From a virus, in the IMG/VR virus record IMGVR_UViG_3300006039_000001: DNA of 40,646 nucleotides, one strand, 5' to 3'. The notes beneath the pieces are model-generated. The model did no database searches, was not told where the DNA came from, and saw nothing but the letters and a program-made list of their open reading frames with translations. This document shows positions 8,535 to 17,010 of the stretch, one piece after another (position 1 is the first letter of the stretch; each line of letters begins with the position of its first letter). A program made the position numbers and the translations under genes.

Positions 8535-10195
8535 TGGCCGGTCCTTGGGAAAAGTACGGCAGCGCACCGGCTGCCGATGATGGGCCGTGGGCGAAGTATG
8601 GCGCCGGGGCGGTTGAGGCCGCCCCGGCGCCAGCCCACGAAGGCCCAAGCAAGCTGCGATCCTTCGCTGAGGGCGCCCTAACCGGCGCGGCTGGCATCGG
8701 CAACACCTTGCTCGCACCGGTGAAGGCTGGCGCCAAGATGGTCGGCGCTGACGGTGTTGGCGAGTACCTTGACCGCATCCCCGAGGCCATGAGCGGCTTG
8801 GCCCGCGACAACGCCGAAAACCCATGGTCGTTTGGCGCTGGCAAGTTGGGCGCAGAGGTTGCCATGACGGCGCCCGTTGGTGGCGTGATCGGCAAGGTTA
8901 TTTCAAAGGCCGCCCCATTGGTTGGCGGTGCCGCGCCAATCGTCAACAAGCTGGCGCAAGCCACAGCAAGCGGCGGCATGCGCCTTGGCGGGCCTGCTGC
9001 AACTACAGCACTCGGGCGCGCTGGCGATATGGGCCTGCGCATGGCTGGCGGGGCGATCAACGGCGCGGCGACTGCTGGGCTGGTTGATCCTTCATCGGCT
9101 GGCACTGGCACCATGATCGGCGGGGCCATCCCTGGTGGCGTGGCCCTGGCTGGCGCTGCGGGGCGCGGCATCCGCAACTCGCTGGCCGTGAGCCCAGAGG
9201 TTGGCAAATTGGCTCAGCGCGCAAAGGAGTTGGGCATTGATGTGCCGGTTGACCGCATCGCCCAGAACAAGCCATTGAACGCGCTGGCAGCATCGCTCGA
9301 ATATGTGCCGCTGAGCGGGCGCGCAGCCACAACCGAGAAGATGGGCAAGCAACTCAACACGGCGCTGGCCCGCACATTCGGCCAGAACACTGACAATCTG
9401 ACTGTCGCGCTTGATCAGGCATCGAAAGACCTTGGCGGCAAGTTCGATACCGTTTTGCAGAGCAATTCGGTCAAGATGACGCCCGCATTCAAGACCGCAT
9501 TGGCTGAGGCCGAAGACCAGGCAGCTAATGAGCTTGGTCCCGAAGCTGCATCGATCATTCACAAGCAAATCGCCCAACTCCAAACCAAGGGCGCAGCCGG
9601 TGAGATTGACGGGCAAGTGGCTTACAACATCAAGAAGTCATTGGACCGCATTGGCAGCGGCAATTCAGATGCAGCCTTTTACGCCAGAGACCTCAAGCGC
9701 AAGCTGATGGACGCCCTGAACGACAGCCTGGGAGCAACCGAGGCCAAGAGCTTTGCGGAAGTCCGCAAGCAGTACGGCAACATGATGGAGATCGACAAGC
9801 TGGTGCAAAACGGTGCCGAGGGCGGCGTTTCTGCGGCCAGGCTTGGGAATCTGCGGAACATCAAGAGCAGCGATTTGCAAGAGCTTGCGGACATTTCGGC
9901 CCAATTCCTCAAGACCCGGGAGAGCCCGCACGGAGCGCTTCAACGATTGGTCATTGGCGGCACTGCTGGGAGCATTGGCGGTGCAGCGGCGGGTCTTGGT
10001 GCGCTGCCTTACTTGGGCGCGGCTGCGGTGGCCGGGAGGGGTGCGAATGCCACCCTGAACAGCAACGCCTTGCGCAACGCCTTGATCAACAGTTCAAAGG
10101 GGGCGCCCAAGCTTGCGAGCGGTGACGTTAGCGCGCTGGCGCAACTTCTCGCCAAGTCCGCCCCCGTCGCGCTCACTCCATCGGGTCGTCAGTAA
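8534..10195 (+). CDS. Putative ejection/internal virion protein (P22 gp16 position)
   Basis: 553 aa with a repeated N-terminal GPWEKYG/GPWAKYG motif and long G/A-rich stretches. TAATG junction. Confidence 0.45.
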   Translation: MAGPWEKYGSAPAADDGPWAKYGAGAVEAAPAPAHEGPSKLRSFAEGALTGAAGIGNTLLAPVKAGAKMVGADGVGEYLDRIPEAMSGLARDNAENPWSFGAGKLGAEVAMTAPVGGVIGKVISKAAPLVGGAAPIVNKLAQATASGGMRLGGPAATTALGRAGDMGLRMAGGAINGAATAGLVDPSSAGTGTMIGGAIPGGVALAGAAGRGIRNSLAVSPEVGKLAQRAKELGIDVPVDRIAQNKPLNALAASLEYVPLSGRAATTEKMGKQLNTALARTFGQNTDNLTVALDQASKDLGGKFDTVLQSNSVKMTPAFKTALAEAEDQAANELGPEAASIIHKQIAQLQTKGAAGEIDGQVAYNIKKSLDRIGSGNSDAAFYARDLKRKLMDALNDSLGATEAKSFAEVRKQYGNMMEIDKLVQNGAEGGVSAARLGNLRNIKSSDLQELADISAQFLKTRESPHGALQRLVIGGTAGSIGGAAAGLGALPYLGAAAVAGRGANATLNSNALRNALINSSKGAPKLASGDVSALAQLLAKSAPVALTPSGRQ

Positions 10196-10298
10196 GCAGG
10201 CCCTTCAAAAAGGCCAGCAGGCACAGCACCCCGAACTTGACGAGTAGAAAAACCGTCATCTAGCCCCCAACCCCGCCCAGCGCGGGAGCCCAAATTCT

Positions 10299-10330
10299 AG
10301 CCGCCCTGGTTCGCCTTGGCGGCTTTTTTC
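10299..10330 (+). terminator. Rho-independent terminator between the ejection genes and the tailspike
   Basis: AGCCGCC…GGCGGCT stem with a TTCG-centred loop, followed by TTTTTT (10324-10329). Confidence 0.75.
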
Positions 10331-10343
10331 ATTCTGAGGCCCT

Positions 10344-12179
10344 ATGGCATCCCTAACACCGAACTTTCACAATCAGTTCTTTGACGCTGGCGCGGTGGCT
10401 GCTGGCTACCTTCTGCACACGCGGGTTGCCGGCACCACGACGCCAAAAGCGACATACACCAACCAGGCCGGCACTATCCCGCACGCCAACCCGATTGTGC
10501 TGACGGCTCAAGGGCAGATCCCGGGGCAATTGTGGCTTGGTGCTGGCGAGTACCGTTTTCGGCTTGAAACGCCAGGCGGTGCGTTGGTTGATGAGTGGGA
10601 TGACGTTGACTCGGTTACACCAGAGATGGCGGCGTTGTCGGCCAGCACTGGCGCCGGCCTAATCGGCTGGATTCGCGGCGCCATTGGTGCGGTGGCGTAC
10701 ACGCTGGGCGAGTGGCTTGGGTGGCAAAAGCCAAACGTGCTGGAATTCATGAGCGCGGCGCAGCGTACCAACTACCTGGCCGGCACAGGCTCGCTCGACA
10801 TGACGGCGGCAGTGCAGGCGGCAGAGGATGCGGCCACGGCGGCGGGGCGCTTGCTCGAGTGGCCGGGCGGCTGCGCGCTCATCACCGACACCATCAGCCG
10901 CGCGACGGGATCGCAGTGGGTTGGTGAGCACCGCAACAAGGGCCTGCCTGGGTTCATCAACGGCACTAAGATCAAGTTTCAGCCAGCCAGTGCGAAGTAT
11001 CTGTGTGCGCCCGCTGGGGCGCCTGCACCCTACCGGGTGGGGTATTCAACCGTTGGCTTCCACATTGAGGGCAATTCGGCTGGCGCCTCCGGCAATTCCA
11101 TTGCTGTCATGGATGTGCACGGGATCAACAAGAGCACGTTTGCTGACCTCACAATTACCGGCTTCCGGCGTGGTTTCCGGCTCTACGCGACGATCGACAA
11201 CGCTTTCGAGCGCGTGGCGATCAACAACACGTATGTCGAGTCCGTTTTGTATGACGGCGGCGTGAGCACCACGGACGTATGGGACAAGTGCTATTTCGCC
11301 AACTCGCCCATTTGGGTGCAGACCAACGGCGCGAACTTGGGCATCAGGTTCGTGAATCCCACAGTCGAAAGCATCACGACCTATGGGATGAACATCGTCA
11401 AGGAAAGTTGGGGCTTTGATGTCGTCAACCCGTACTTTGAAGACGTGCCAAGCGCCAACGTGGCGACGAATGCGGCCTTTCGCATCGGCTATGACGGCAC
11501 CACGTCATCGGGCGCCACCCAGCTGAAGGTGCACGGTGGCATCCTGGGCGGCAGGAATGCGGGCGGTGTGGGCTCTGCGTTCGACGTTGACTCGACGGAC
11601 GGCATCGACATCGGCGGCTTCTACGTGACCCGCTACACCAACGTGGTCAACACCACCGCCAACACGCTGACAAGCCAAGTCGTGGCGCGCGGCTGGACAT
11701 CCACATCCATTTCAACCCAGGTCACAGACGATACCAAGGTCACGGGCTTCTGGGGCATTGGCGTTACGAACTCAGGCACCCGTAACAGGCAGACATACCG
11801 CTTTGCCGGAGACCAGTACATCGGGGCAAGTGCGGCATGTACTGGCGCCATCACAACGGCCTCCGGGTGGTCGCTCACCAAAGACGGTGTGGTGGTTACC
11901 TTGAGTCTGCCCAACGTCGTTGGCGTGGCCTCTGCTGCGCCAAGCTTCACTTTCGGGACGGTGATCCCGGCGAAGTACCGGCCCTCATCGTCGCGCGCCT
12001 ACCCCTGCGTCATCCGGAACAACGGCGCAGATCAGGCAACGCCTGGCATGGTCCTGATCGATTACCTGACCGGCTCAATCACTGTTTACCTCAACGGCAC
12101 TGGCGCTGCCAATTTCACGGCAGGCGCAAGTGCTGGGCTGGGCCAGGGCTGCGGGCTAGAAGTTTCATGGACGGCGTAA
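10344..12179 (+). CDS. Tailspike / tail fibre with a right-handed beta-helix (pectate-lyase-like) domain
   Basis: The N-terminus FFDAGAVAAGYLLHTRVAGTTTPKATYTNQAGTIPHANPIVLTAQGQ is the common phage fibre/spike head-binding motif. SLDMTAAVQAAEDAATAAGRLLEWPGGCALITDTI resembles the start of a Pectate_lyase_3 domain. Confidence 0.8.
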   Translation: MASLTPNFHNQFFDAGAVAAGYLLHTRVAGTTTPKATYTNQAGTIPHANPIVLTAQGQIPGQLWLGAGEYRFRLETPGGALVDEWDDVDSVTPEMAALSASTGAGLIGWIRGAIGAVAYTLGEWLGWQKPNVLEFMSAAQRTNYLAGTGSLDMTAAVQAAEDAATAAGRLLEWPGGCALITDTISRATGSQWVGEHRNKGLPGFINGTKIKFQPASAKYLCAPAGAPAPYRVGYSTVGFHIEGNSAGASGNSIAVMDVHGINKSTFADLTITGFRRGFRLYATIDNAFERVAINNTYVESVLYDGGVSTTDVWDKCYFANSPIWVQTNGANLGIRFVNPTVESITTYGMNIVKESWGFDVVNPYFEDVPSANVATNAAFRIGYDGTTSSGATQLKVHGGILGGRNAGGVGSAFDVDSTDGIDIGGFYVTRYTNVVNTTANTLTSQVVARGWTSTSISTQVTDDTKVTGFWGIGVTNSGTRNRQTYRFAGDQYIGASAACTGAITTASGWSLTKDGVVVTLSLPNVVGVASAAPSFTFGTVIPAKYRPSSSRAYPCVIRNNGADQATPGMVLIDYLTGSITVYLNGTGAANFTAGASAGLGQGCGLEVSWTA

Positions 12180-12231
12180 ATCATGAGCATTGAACAAGCA
12201 AGCGGCGCAGCGGGCGCCTTTGGAGGCATGC

Positions 12232-12495
12232 ATGTCGCCTGAAGCTCAACTCCTTTTCAACATCGTGGCCGGGGTGGCTGGCTGCTTCGGCTCCTTCATC
12301 CTCAAGTCTCAGTGGGATGCGATCAAGGAGGGGCAGAAGGAGCGATCTGACCTGGCTCGCCAGATTGCCAACATCGAGGTGCTCGTGGCTGGCGACTATG
12401 CCAAGCGCGAGGATGTGGACCGCCTGGGCGCGGCCATCTTCCTGAAGCTGGACAAGATCGAAAACAAACTTGACTCGAAGGCGGACAAGCCATGA
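12232..12495 (+). CDS. Lysis-cassette membrane protein (holin/antiholin or i-spanin-like; one N-terminal TM plus a coiled coil)
   Basis: ATG 12232 lies 5 nt after GGAGG (12222-12226). TM segment LLFNIVAGVAGCFGSFIL. Overlaps the endolysin start by ATGA. Confidence 0.5.
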   Translation: MSPEAQLLFNIVAGVAGCFGSFILKSQWDAIKEGQKERSDLARQIANIEVLVAGDYAKREDVDRLGAAIFLKLDKIENKLDSKADKP

Positions 12496-12911
12496 ACCTC
12501 AAGACCATGATCGAGGCCGAAGAAGGCCGCGAGCCCTGCGCCTATCAGGATACCTTGGGCTTTTGGACAATCGGCGTGGGTCGGTTGATCGACAAGCGCA
12601 AAGGCGGCGGCCTGTCTGATGACGAGATCGACTACCTGCTGAACAACGACATCAGGGCGAAGACTGCCGAAGTCCGCGCGGCGCTTCCCTGGTTCGACGG
12701 CCTGAACGAGGCCCGCCAGGCGGTGCTGATCGGCATGGCGTTTCAGATGGGCATCGGCGGGCTGCTGGCGTTCAAGAACACCTTGGCGGCCATCCGTGAC
12801 GCGCGCTGGGAGCAAGCCCAGACGGGCATGCTGTCGTCCCTATGGGCCAAGCAAACGCCGCAGCGGGCGGCCCGCATGGCGCGTCAAATGCTCACGGGGG
12901 AGTGGCAGTAA
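12492..12911 (+). CDS. Endolysin, T4/P22-type lysozyme (GH24)
   Basis: EAEEGREPCAYQDTLGFWTIGVGR contains the catalytic E…D…T triad spacing of T4 lysozyme/P22 gp19. 139 aa. Confidence 0.93.
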   Translation: MNLKTMIEAEEGREPCAYQDTLGFWTIGVGRLIDKRKGGGLSDDEIDYLLNNDIRAKTAEVRAALPWFDGLNEARQAVLIGMAFQMGIGGLLAFKNTLAAIRDARWEQAQTGMLSSLWAKQTPQRAARMARQMLTGEWQ

Positions 12912-13435
12912 TGGACTTCACCACCATCATCAAAACCGTGGCGCCATGGATCGGCACAGCCCTTGGCGGGCCCTTGGGCGGCCTGGCCGTGGAGGCAGCG
13001 GCGAGCGCGCTGGGGGTTTCGACCAAGACCACCGACGCCGTGAAGCAAGCCCTGTCCGGCGTCACGCCTGAGCAAATGTTGGCGCTCAAGCAGGCGGATC
13101 AGAACTTCGCCGTCCAGATGCAGGCCCTTGGCTTCAAGCAGATCACCGACCTTGAGGCCATCGCAGCCGGTGACCGCAAGGATGCGCGGGACTTGCTCAA
13201 GACAACCCGCAGTTGGGTTCCCGCCGCGCTCTCGGGTGGGGTCACTGTTGGCTATTTCGCCATACTGATTGGCCTCATGACCGGCGTGATGCAAGTCAGC
13301 GACTCGCAGGCCATGCTGCTGATGCTGGGTAGCCTGACCACCGCCTGGGGCGTCGTCATGGCGTTCTGGTTCGGCACCACGGCGGACAGTGGCCGCAAGA
13401 CCGAATTGCTTGCCCAATCGAATCCGCCAAAGTGA
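12911..13435 (+). CDS. Holin, 3-TM GTA-holin-like family (tentative)
   Basis: Met at 12911 (TAATG junction). The G-rich N-terminus, central amphipathic region and C-terminal TMs ending …VVMAFWFGTTADSGRK resemble the 'holin of 3 TMs' family (PF11351). Confidence 0.55.
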   Translation: MDFTTIIKTVAPWIGTALGGPLGGLAVEAAASALGVSTKTTDAVKQALSGVTPEQMLALKQADQNFAVQMQALGFKQITDLEAIAAGDRKDARDLLKTTRSWVPAALSGGVTVGYFAILIGLMTGVMQVSDSQAMLLMLGSLTTAWGVVMAFWFGTTADSGRKTELLAQSNPPK

Positions 13436-13647
13436 ATCCGCTCGACATCGCCGAAGCCCGAGAACTCGCCCATTGGGCCGGTATTCGCAGGCTTAAGCCA
13501 GACACCGCCGAATGCTTGGCGCTTCTGATAGCCGAGGTTCGCAGGCAGTGCCGGGTTGATCTTGGGGAGCGCCGGGAGGCTGCTGCCAGTGTGGAGCACC
13601 ACAGGCAGGAGATCGTGAGCGAATGCAAGGCGCATAGGGTTGGGTGA
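13432..13647 (+). CDS. Hypothetical protein at the end of the lysis cassette
   Basis: 71-aa ORF with a GTG start in a GTGA overlap. No TM or lipobox, so not an obvious spanin. Confidence 0.35.
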   Translation: MNPLDIAEARELAHWAGIRRLKPDTAECLALLIAEVRRQCRVDLGERREAAASVEHHRQEIVSECKAHRVG

Positions 13648-13745
13648 CAACCTGTAAACGAGTCGGCGACATTGATGTCGTCGAGTTGGGTGAGGGCGCC
13701 CGGGAGCCCCCAGACCTGCGCGAACGCTTGACCCTCGGGTGCAGT

Positions 13746-14069
13746 TTAGCGCCGCCGAAACCACAGCGCAAACTCTGGCCGCACCCACGGCAGCAACCAG
13801 TCGCCCGGCGCAACGTGCGGCCCGTCAGCCACGGTGCCCACGATCAGCGCGAGACAAAGCAGCTCCATCGCGGCCCAAGGAATTGGCCGCTCACCCCGCT
13901 CCCACTGTCGCCACGTTTGCAGGCCTGCGCGGCAAAGCTCGGCCATTTGCGGCTGGGTCAGGGCGGCCTCGGAGCGCAAGGCCTTGAGCGTCTCGGATTG
14001 CCCGTCAAGCGTTGCAAAAGGGCCTTGCGGCCCCGAGCGGTTGGGGTGGTTTGGCATGTCAGGCTGCAT
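13746..14069 (-). CDS. XRE-family helix-turn-helix regulator (Aca-like position)
   Basis: LKALRSEAALTQPQMAELCRAGLQTWRQWERGERPIPWAAMELL is a classic Cro/CI-type HTH. Alternative start at 14057. Last gene of a three-gene minus-strand cassette. Confidence 0.75.
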   Translation of the reverse strand: MQPDMPNHPNRSGPQGPFATLDGQSETLKALRSEAALTQPQMAELCRAGLQTWRQWERGERPIPWAAMELLCLALIVGTVADGPHVAPGDWLLPWVRPEFALWFRRR

Positions 14070-14211
14070 CGCCTTGGCGACAAGTCGCGGGGCCGCCCCA
14101 TGCTTGGCGAAAGATTCGACGCGCGCCCGCTTCGCTCACGCTGATGACCGTTGTCAAAAAGGCGCCCTGGGCGTTGTGGAAATGCCATTCGTATTTTTGC
14201 TTAGCGCTCAT
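14059..14211 (-). CDS. Small hypothetical protein (50 aa, below the ORF-track cutoff)
   Basis: ATG 14211 is preceded by GAGGAG with a 6-nt spacer. Product MSAKQKYEWHFHNAQGAFLTTVISVSEAGARRIFRQAWGGPATCRQGDAA. The stop overlaps the HTH gene start. Confidence 0.5.
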   Translation of the reverse strand: MSAKQKYEWHFHNAQGAFLTTVISVSEAGARRIFRQAWGGPATCRQGDAA

Positions 14212-14250
14212 GGCGATCTCCTCAGTGGTGGGGCCGTAGCCCCGTTTTGT

Positions 14251-14505
14251 TTACAGGTTTGCGGCGATGGCCGCTTTGATCGTTGCGATCCGGTTGTTCC
14301 GGCTGATTTCCGACGACAGATCAGTCACGCCAATCGACGCGAAAAACTCATCCATGAATGGGTCGGGAATCTGTGGCTCTGTGGCGGACTTTTCGAGCGC
14401 TGCCAGCTCCTGATTGCAGTGCGCCAAGTAGGCATCGCGACCTCCGAAGTAGGTGTTCAGTTCGTCGTCGCTGCGGCGGGCGGTGGTGATGTTTTGACCA
14501 GTCAT
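14251..14505 (-). CDS. Small acidic hypothetical protein (84 aa)
   Basis: First ORF after the promoter-like region at 14568-14596. 12 D/E vs 7 K/R by count. No recognisable domain. Confidence 0.6.
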   Translation of the reverse strand: MTGQNITTARRSDDELNTYFGGRDAYLAHCNQELAALEKSATEPQIPDPFMDEFFASIGVTDLSSEISRNNRIATIKAAIAANL

Positions 14506-14567
14506 TTTGTTTCCTATGCCCTGTGATCCCGAGGCGCGGTGGTCAGCGATGTGCTGTCCATGTAGTT

Positions 14568-14596
14568 AATGTATCTCAGATAGACACATAATGCAA
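14568..14596 (-). promoter_or_regulatory. Candidate sigma70 promoter with overlapping palindromes
   Basis: On the minus strand: TTGCAT (14596-14591), 17 nt, TACATT (14573-14568). Palindromes TATCT-c-AGATA (14572-14582) and TGCAA-n7-TTGCA (14592-14608) overlap it. Locally AT-rich. Confidence 0.5.
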
Positions 14597-14617
14597 GCGG
14601 TATTTGCACTGTTACAT

Positions 14618-14917
14618 CTACCGCCGTGATGGCGGGTAAAGCAACTTCTTTTCCGCCTTGGTCAAAGGCATTGAGCCTCTTTCCTGGTTGCATGGATAGC
14701 AGGCCAAAGCATAGTTGTTGGGCTTGTCGGGGCCGCCGTTGGCCTTGGGTGTCAGATGATCAACTGTGGCGATTTCAAATGGCAGATGACACCCGCAGCG
14801 CCAGCACTTATTCTTGCGATTCTCGCCTGCGGGGTATTGCGCCAGTTTCCATCGCAATGGTTTCAAGGGTGCTGCTCCTTTGCCTGCGTGGCGACCGAAA
14901 GCATCGTCCGTCAGCAA
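14618..14917 (-). CDS. HNH endonuclease
   Basis: CWRCGCHLPFEIATVDHLTPKANGGPDKPNNYALACYPCNQERG is an HNH motif. The only upstream start candidate is TTG at 14917, in the loop of a 9-bp hairpin, so the start is uncertain. Confidence 0.75.
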   Translation of the reverse strand: MLTDDAFGRHAGKGAAPLKPLRWKLAQYPAGENRKNKCWRCGCHLPFEIATVDHLTPKANGGPDKPNNYALACYPCNQERGSMPLTKAEKKLLYPPSRR

Positions 14918-14986
14918 TGACGGACGTGGATTGAAACTCTCTGCTGCGTTCGCGCTGATCTCGGCGGCGCTGGCCTTTGCGGGCGG

Positions 14987-15355
14987 TCATAGTTCGCGCC
15001 CTCTGATGTCCAGCGGTGCGGGCGTGTTGTCTTTGGCACGCTTGACCCTGGCCTTGAGGCGAGCCTCTTCCTTCTTGAGCAGATCAACGCGTGTGATGAG
15101 TTCTCCAAGTTCGTGCGAAACAGACTTGTGCCGACCCCAAGCCATTTGCAAAGTCCTGGCGTTCTTGTGCAAGAACGTGAAGGCATCGATGTCAGCCCCG
15201 CATTGACGACAATTCACAGTGCGGCGATGTTCATCAAGGTCGATCAGCTCGTGATGACACATGTTGTACGGCTTGCCGGATGTCGTGAGCTGAATGGGGT
15301 TGTCTGGAATTTCACCAGGTCGCGCGAACGCTTGAATGACGTTGTTGTCGCTCAT
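14987..15355 (-). CDS. Hypothetical zinc-ribbon/coiled-coil protein
   Basis: ATG 15355 in an ATGA overlap. Contains CHH…CRQC, with a basic coiled C-terminus. Confidence 0.6.
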   Translation of the reverse strand: MSDNNVIQAFARPGEIPDNPIQLTTSGKPYNMCHHELIDLDEHRRTVNCRQCGADIDAFTFLHKNARTLQMAWGRHKSVSHELGELITRVDLLKKEEARLKARVKRAKDNTPAPLDIRGREL

Positions 15356-15756
15356 AACTTCTTCCAAGCGAAAGGCAGGGCCTCGGGCAGCACCCAGAGG
15401 TGCCGCATGTTGGCGACGTTGACCACATCACGGTCAGGCGGAAAGACTTCAACGGCGGTGTGAGCCCAGTAACCGCACTCGCGCTTGATCTGCTGGAGCT
15501 CTTGCCAGGTGATGTTCTGGGCCCAGCGATCGCCTTCCAGCGTGGTGCGGTTGACCGACAGTCGGCACAGCGCAGGAGACGTGGCGGCAAAGGCCTGGAC
15601 CAGGAAGTCGCGCGATCGCCAAACCTGCAGGCGGCTCGAATCAGCCGAGGCCGACTCGGGCCACTCGTTGCGGTTCAGCAAGGTAAGCGCGGTCGGCTGC
15701 TTGGAGTTGTCGCGTTCGAGTTGGCGCCGCTGCGCGCGGGAGGTGATGATGCTCAC
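15352..15756 (-). CDS. Hypothetical protein
   Basis: GTG 15756 in a GTGA overlap with the upstream stop. Conserved-looking C-terminus …ITWQELQQIKRECGYW…NMRHLWVLPE. Confidence 0.55.
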   Translation of the reverse strand: MSIITSRAQRRQLERDNSKQPTALTLLNRNEWPESASADSSRLQVWRSRDFLVQAFAATSPALCRLSVNRTTLEGDRWAQNITWQELQQIKRECGYWAHTAVEVFPPDRDVVNVANMRHLWVLPEALPFAWKKL

Positions 15757-15956
15757 ACCATGCCTTTCTCGGTGGCAAGCCACTCGGGGATGAAGATCGA
15801 CGTGGTGCCGATGCCAGGCGCTTTGTCCGGCCCATCGCACCAGTCGCTCACCTGCGAGATGGGGATCCAGACATCCGCTGGCGCGCCGTGGTTCACCAGG
15901 ATGGCCTTGTCGGTGGCGCGCTTCACGACCACTTCGATTTCAACGGCGTCGCTCAT
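15753..15956 (-). CDS. Hypothetical small protein
   Basis: 67-aa ORF, translationally coupled on both sides. Confidence 0.55.
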   Translation of the reverse strand: MSDAVEIEVVVKRATDKAILVNHGAPADVWIPISQVSDWCDGPDKAPGIGTTSIFIPEWLATEKGMV

Positions 15957-16339
15957 GTCTTGGCCTCGCTAGCAATGGCTGCAATGTGGGCGTCGATGGC
16001 GTCGTCCAAACTCATGTTGTCGTCAGCCATGGCGCACCAGTCGCTGTCCTCTTGCATGTTTCGGAAGGTGAGGCGGATGCCTGGCCAGAACTCCGCCCCT
16101 GCGGGAGATCCATCCAACGCATCACGTACGCACCGATACCGCGCTGCATCCAGCTCCGCAGCATCAAGCCGAACCGCTTGCGCGTCGATGTGGGCGAGTA
16201 GGCGGGCAATGCGGGCGGGGTTGGCTGCATCAGCCCAGTCGCCGACGAAATAGGATGTGGCGCCGCTCGCGTGGAATGTGACATTGGCCAGCGCATCCAG
16301 AATGGCCTTCACGTCGTCTTCCTGTGTGGGGTTGGTCAT
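15953..16339 (-). CDS. Hypothetical protein
   Basis: ATG 16339 in an ATGA overlap with the methyltransferase stop. 128 aa. Confidence 0.55.
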   Translation of the reverse strand: MTNPTQEDDVKAILDALANVTFHASGATSYFVGDWADAANPARIARLLAHIDAQAVRLDAAELDAARYRCVRDALDGSPAGAEFWPGIRLTFRNMQEDSDWCAMADDNMSLDDAIDAHIAAIASEAKT

Positions 16340-17010
16340 GATGTGCATTCCTCGATCTGTTCGATTTGACGAAGCCACGCATCAGCCAGGCCGCGCGGGA
16401 CACCATCAGCAAGGGCTTCCTGCATTTCGACGCAAGAGAAGCGCCCAGCCAGCTCCATGAACTCTGGCCAGCCTTGCAACTTCGAGCCGCGCTTAGGGCC
16501 GTAGATGCGGCCAGCGACCACCGAATAGGCCATGAGGTCGTCCACGTTGCCGGGAAACGGCTGGGCCGGTGGCGTCAGGTTTGGGCTGTAGGTGAACCAG
16601 CGTTCGCGGCTTTGATGGGGTTGGGCGAAGTTCATCGCGTTCATGCGCACCCGGCCGAAGCCGGGGATGTCCAGGGCTGTGACGTTCTCCATCACGGCCC
16701 AATCCCAGGTGCATGCCTCAAGCACATTCATCAAGCCAGGCAACAGGTCTGGAAACTTCGGCGCCCGGATCGCCCGCAACTTGCTGCGAGACTGGCAGGG
16801 GATGCCGCCGATCACGCCATCGAAATGCTGGCCTCGGATCAAGTCCGGCAGGTCGGCGATGTCGTGGGCCAAGTGCTTGCCACCACAAAATGCCTCGTAC
16901 ATGGCCCGCTTGTGCGGCATGAGTTCGCAGCCAGGCACAACTTCATGCCCAGCCTCAATCAAGGCGCGGTCCCAAAGGCCAGCGCTGGTGCAGAGCGAAA
17001 GGATCTTCAC
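16336..17010 (-). CDS. DNA (cytosine-5) methyltransferase, compact
   Basis: ILSLCTSAGLWD (motif I-like), GGIPCQSRS (PCQ catalytic motif IV), MENV (motif VI), QSRERW (motif VIII-like), ADGVPRGLA (motif X-like). GTG 17010 lies after AGGAGGA, in a GTGA overlap. Confidence 0.82.
   Translation of the reverse strand: MKILSLCTSAGLWDRALIEAGHEVVPGCELMPHKRAMYEAFCGGKHLAHDIADLPDLIRGQHFDGVIGGIPCQSRSKLRAIRAPKFPDLLPGLMNVLEACTWDWAVMENVTALDIPGFGRVRMNAMNFAQPHQSRERWFTYSPNLTPPAQPFPGNVDDLMAYSVVAGRIYGPKRGSKLQGWPEFMELAGRFSCVEMQEALADGVPRGLADAWLRQIEQIEECTS

Noticed and set aside
10173-10259. Minus-strand 28-aa hydrophobic peptide (MTVFLLVKFGVLCLLAFLKGLLTDDPME) resembling a type I toxin, antisense to the end of the 553-aa gene.
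   Set aside because: It is very short, and I find no convincing promoter; only a TAGAAT -10-like box without a -35. Hydrophobic peptides arise easily by chance antisense to Lys/Gly/Ala-rich coding sequence. It would be worth a look only if transcriptomics shows an antisense RNA.
13644-14526. Plus-strand ORFs 13644..14144 (166 aa) and 13834..14526 (230 aa).
   Set aside because: They are antisense to the minus-strand cassette, which has a clear XRE HTH, strong RBSs and a promoter. Their translations are Arg/Pro-rich with no motifs.
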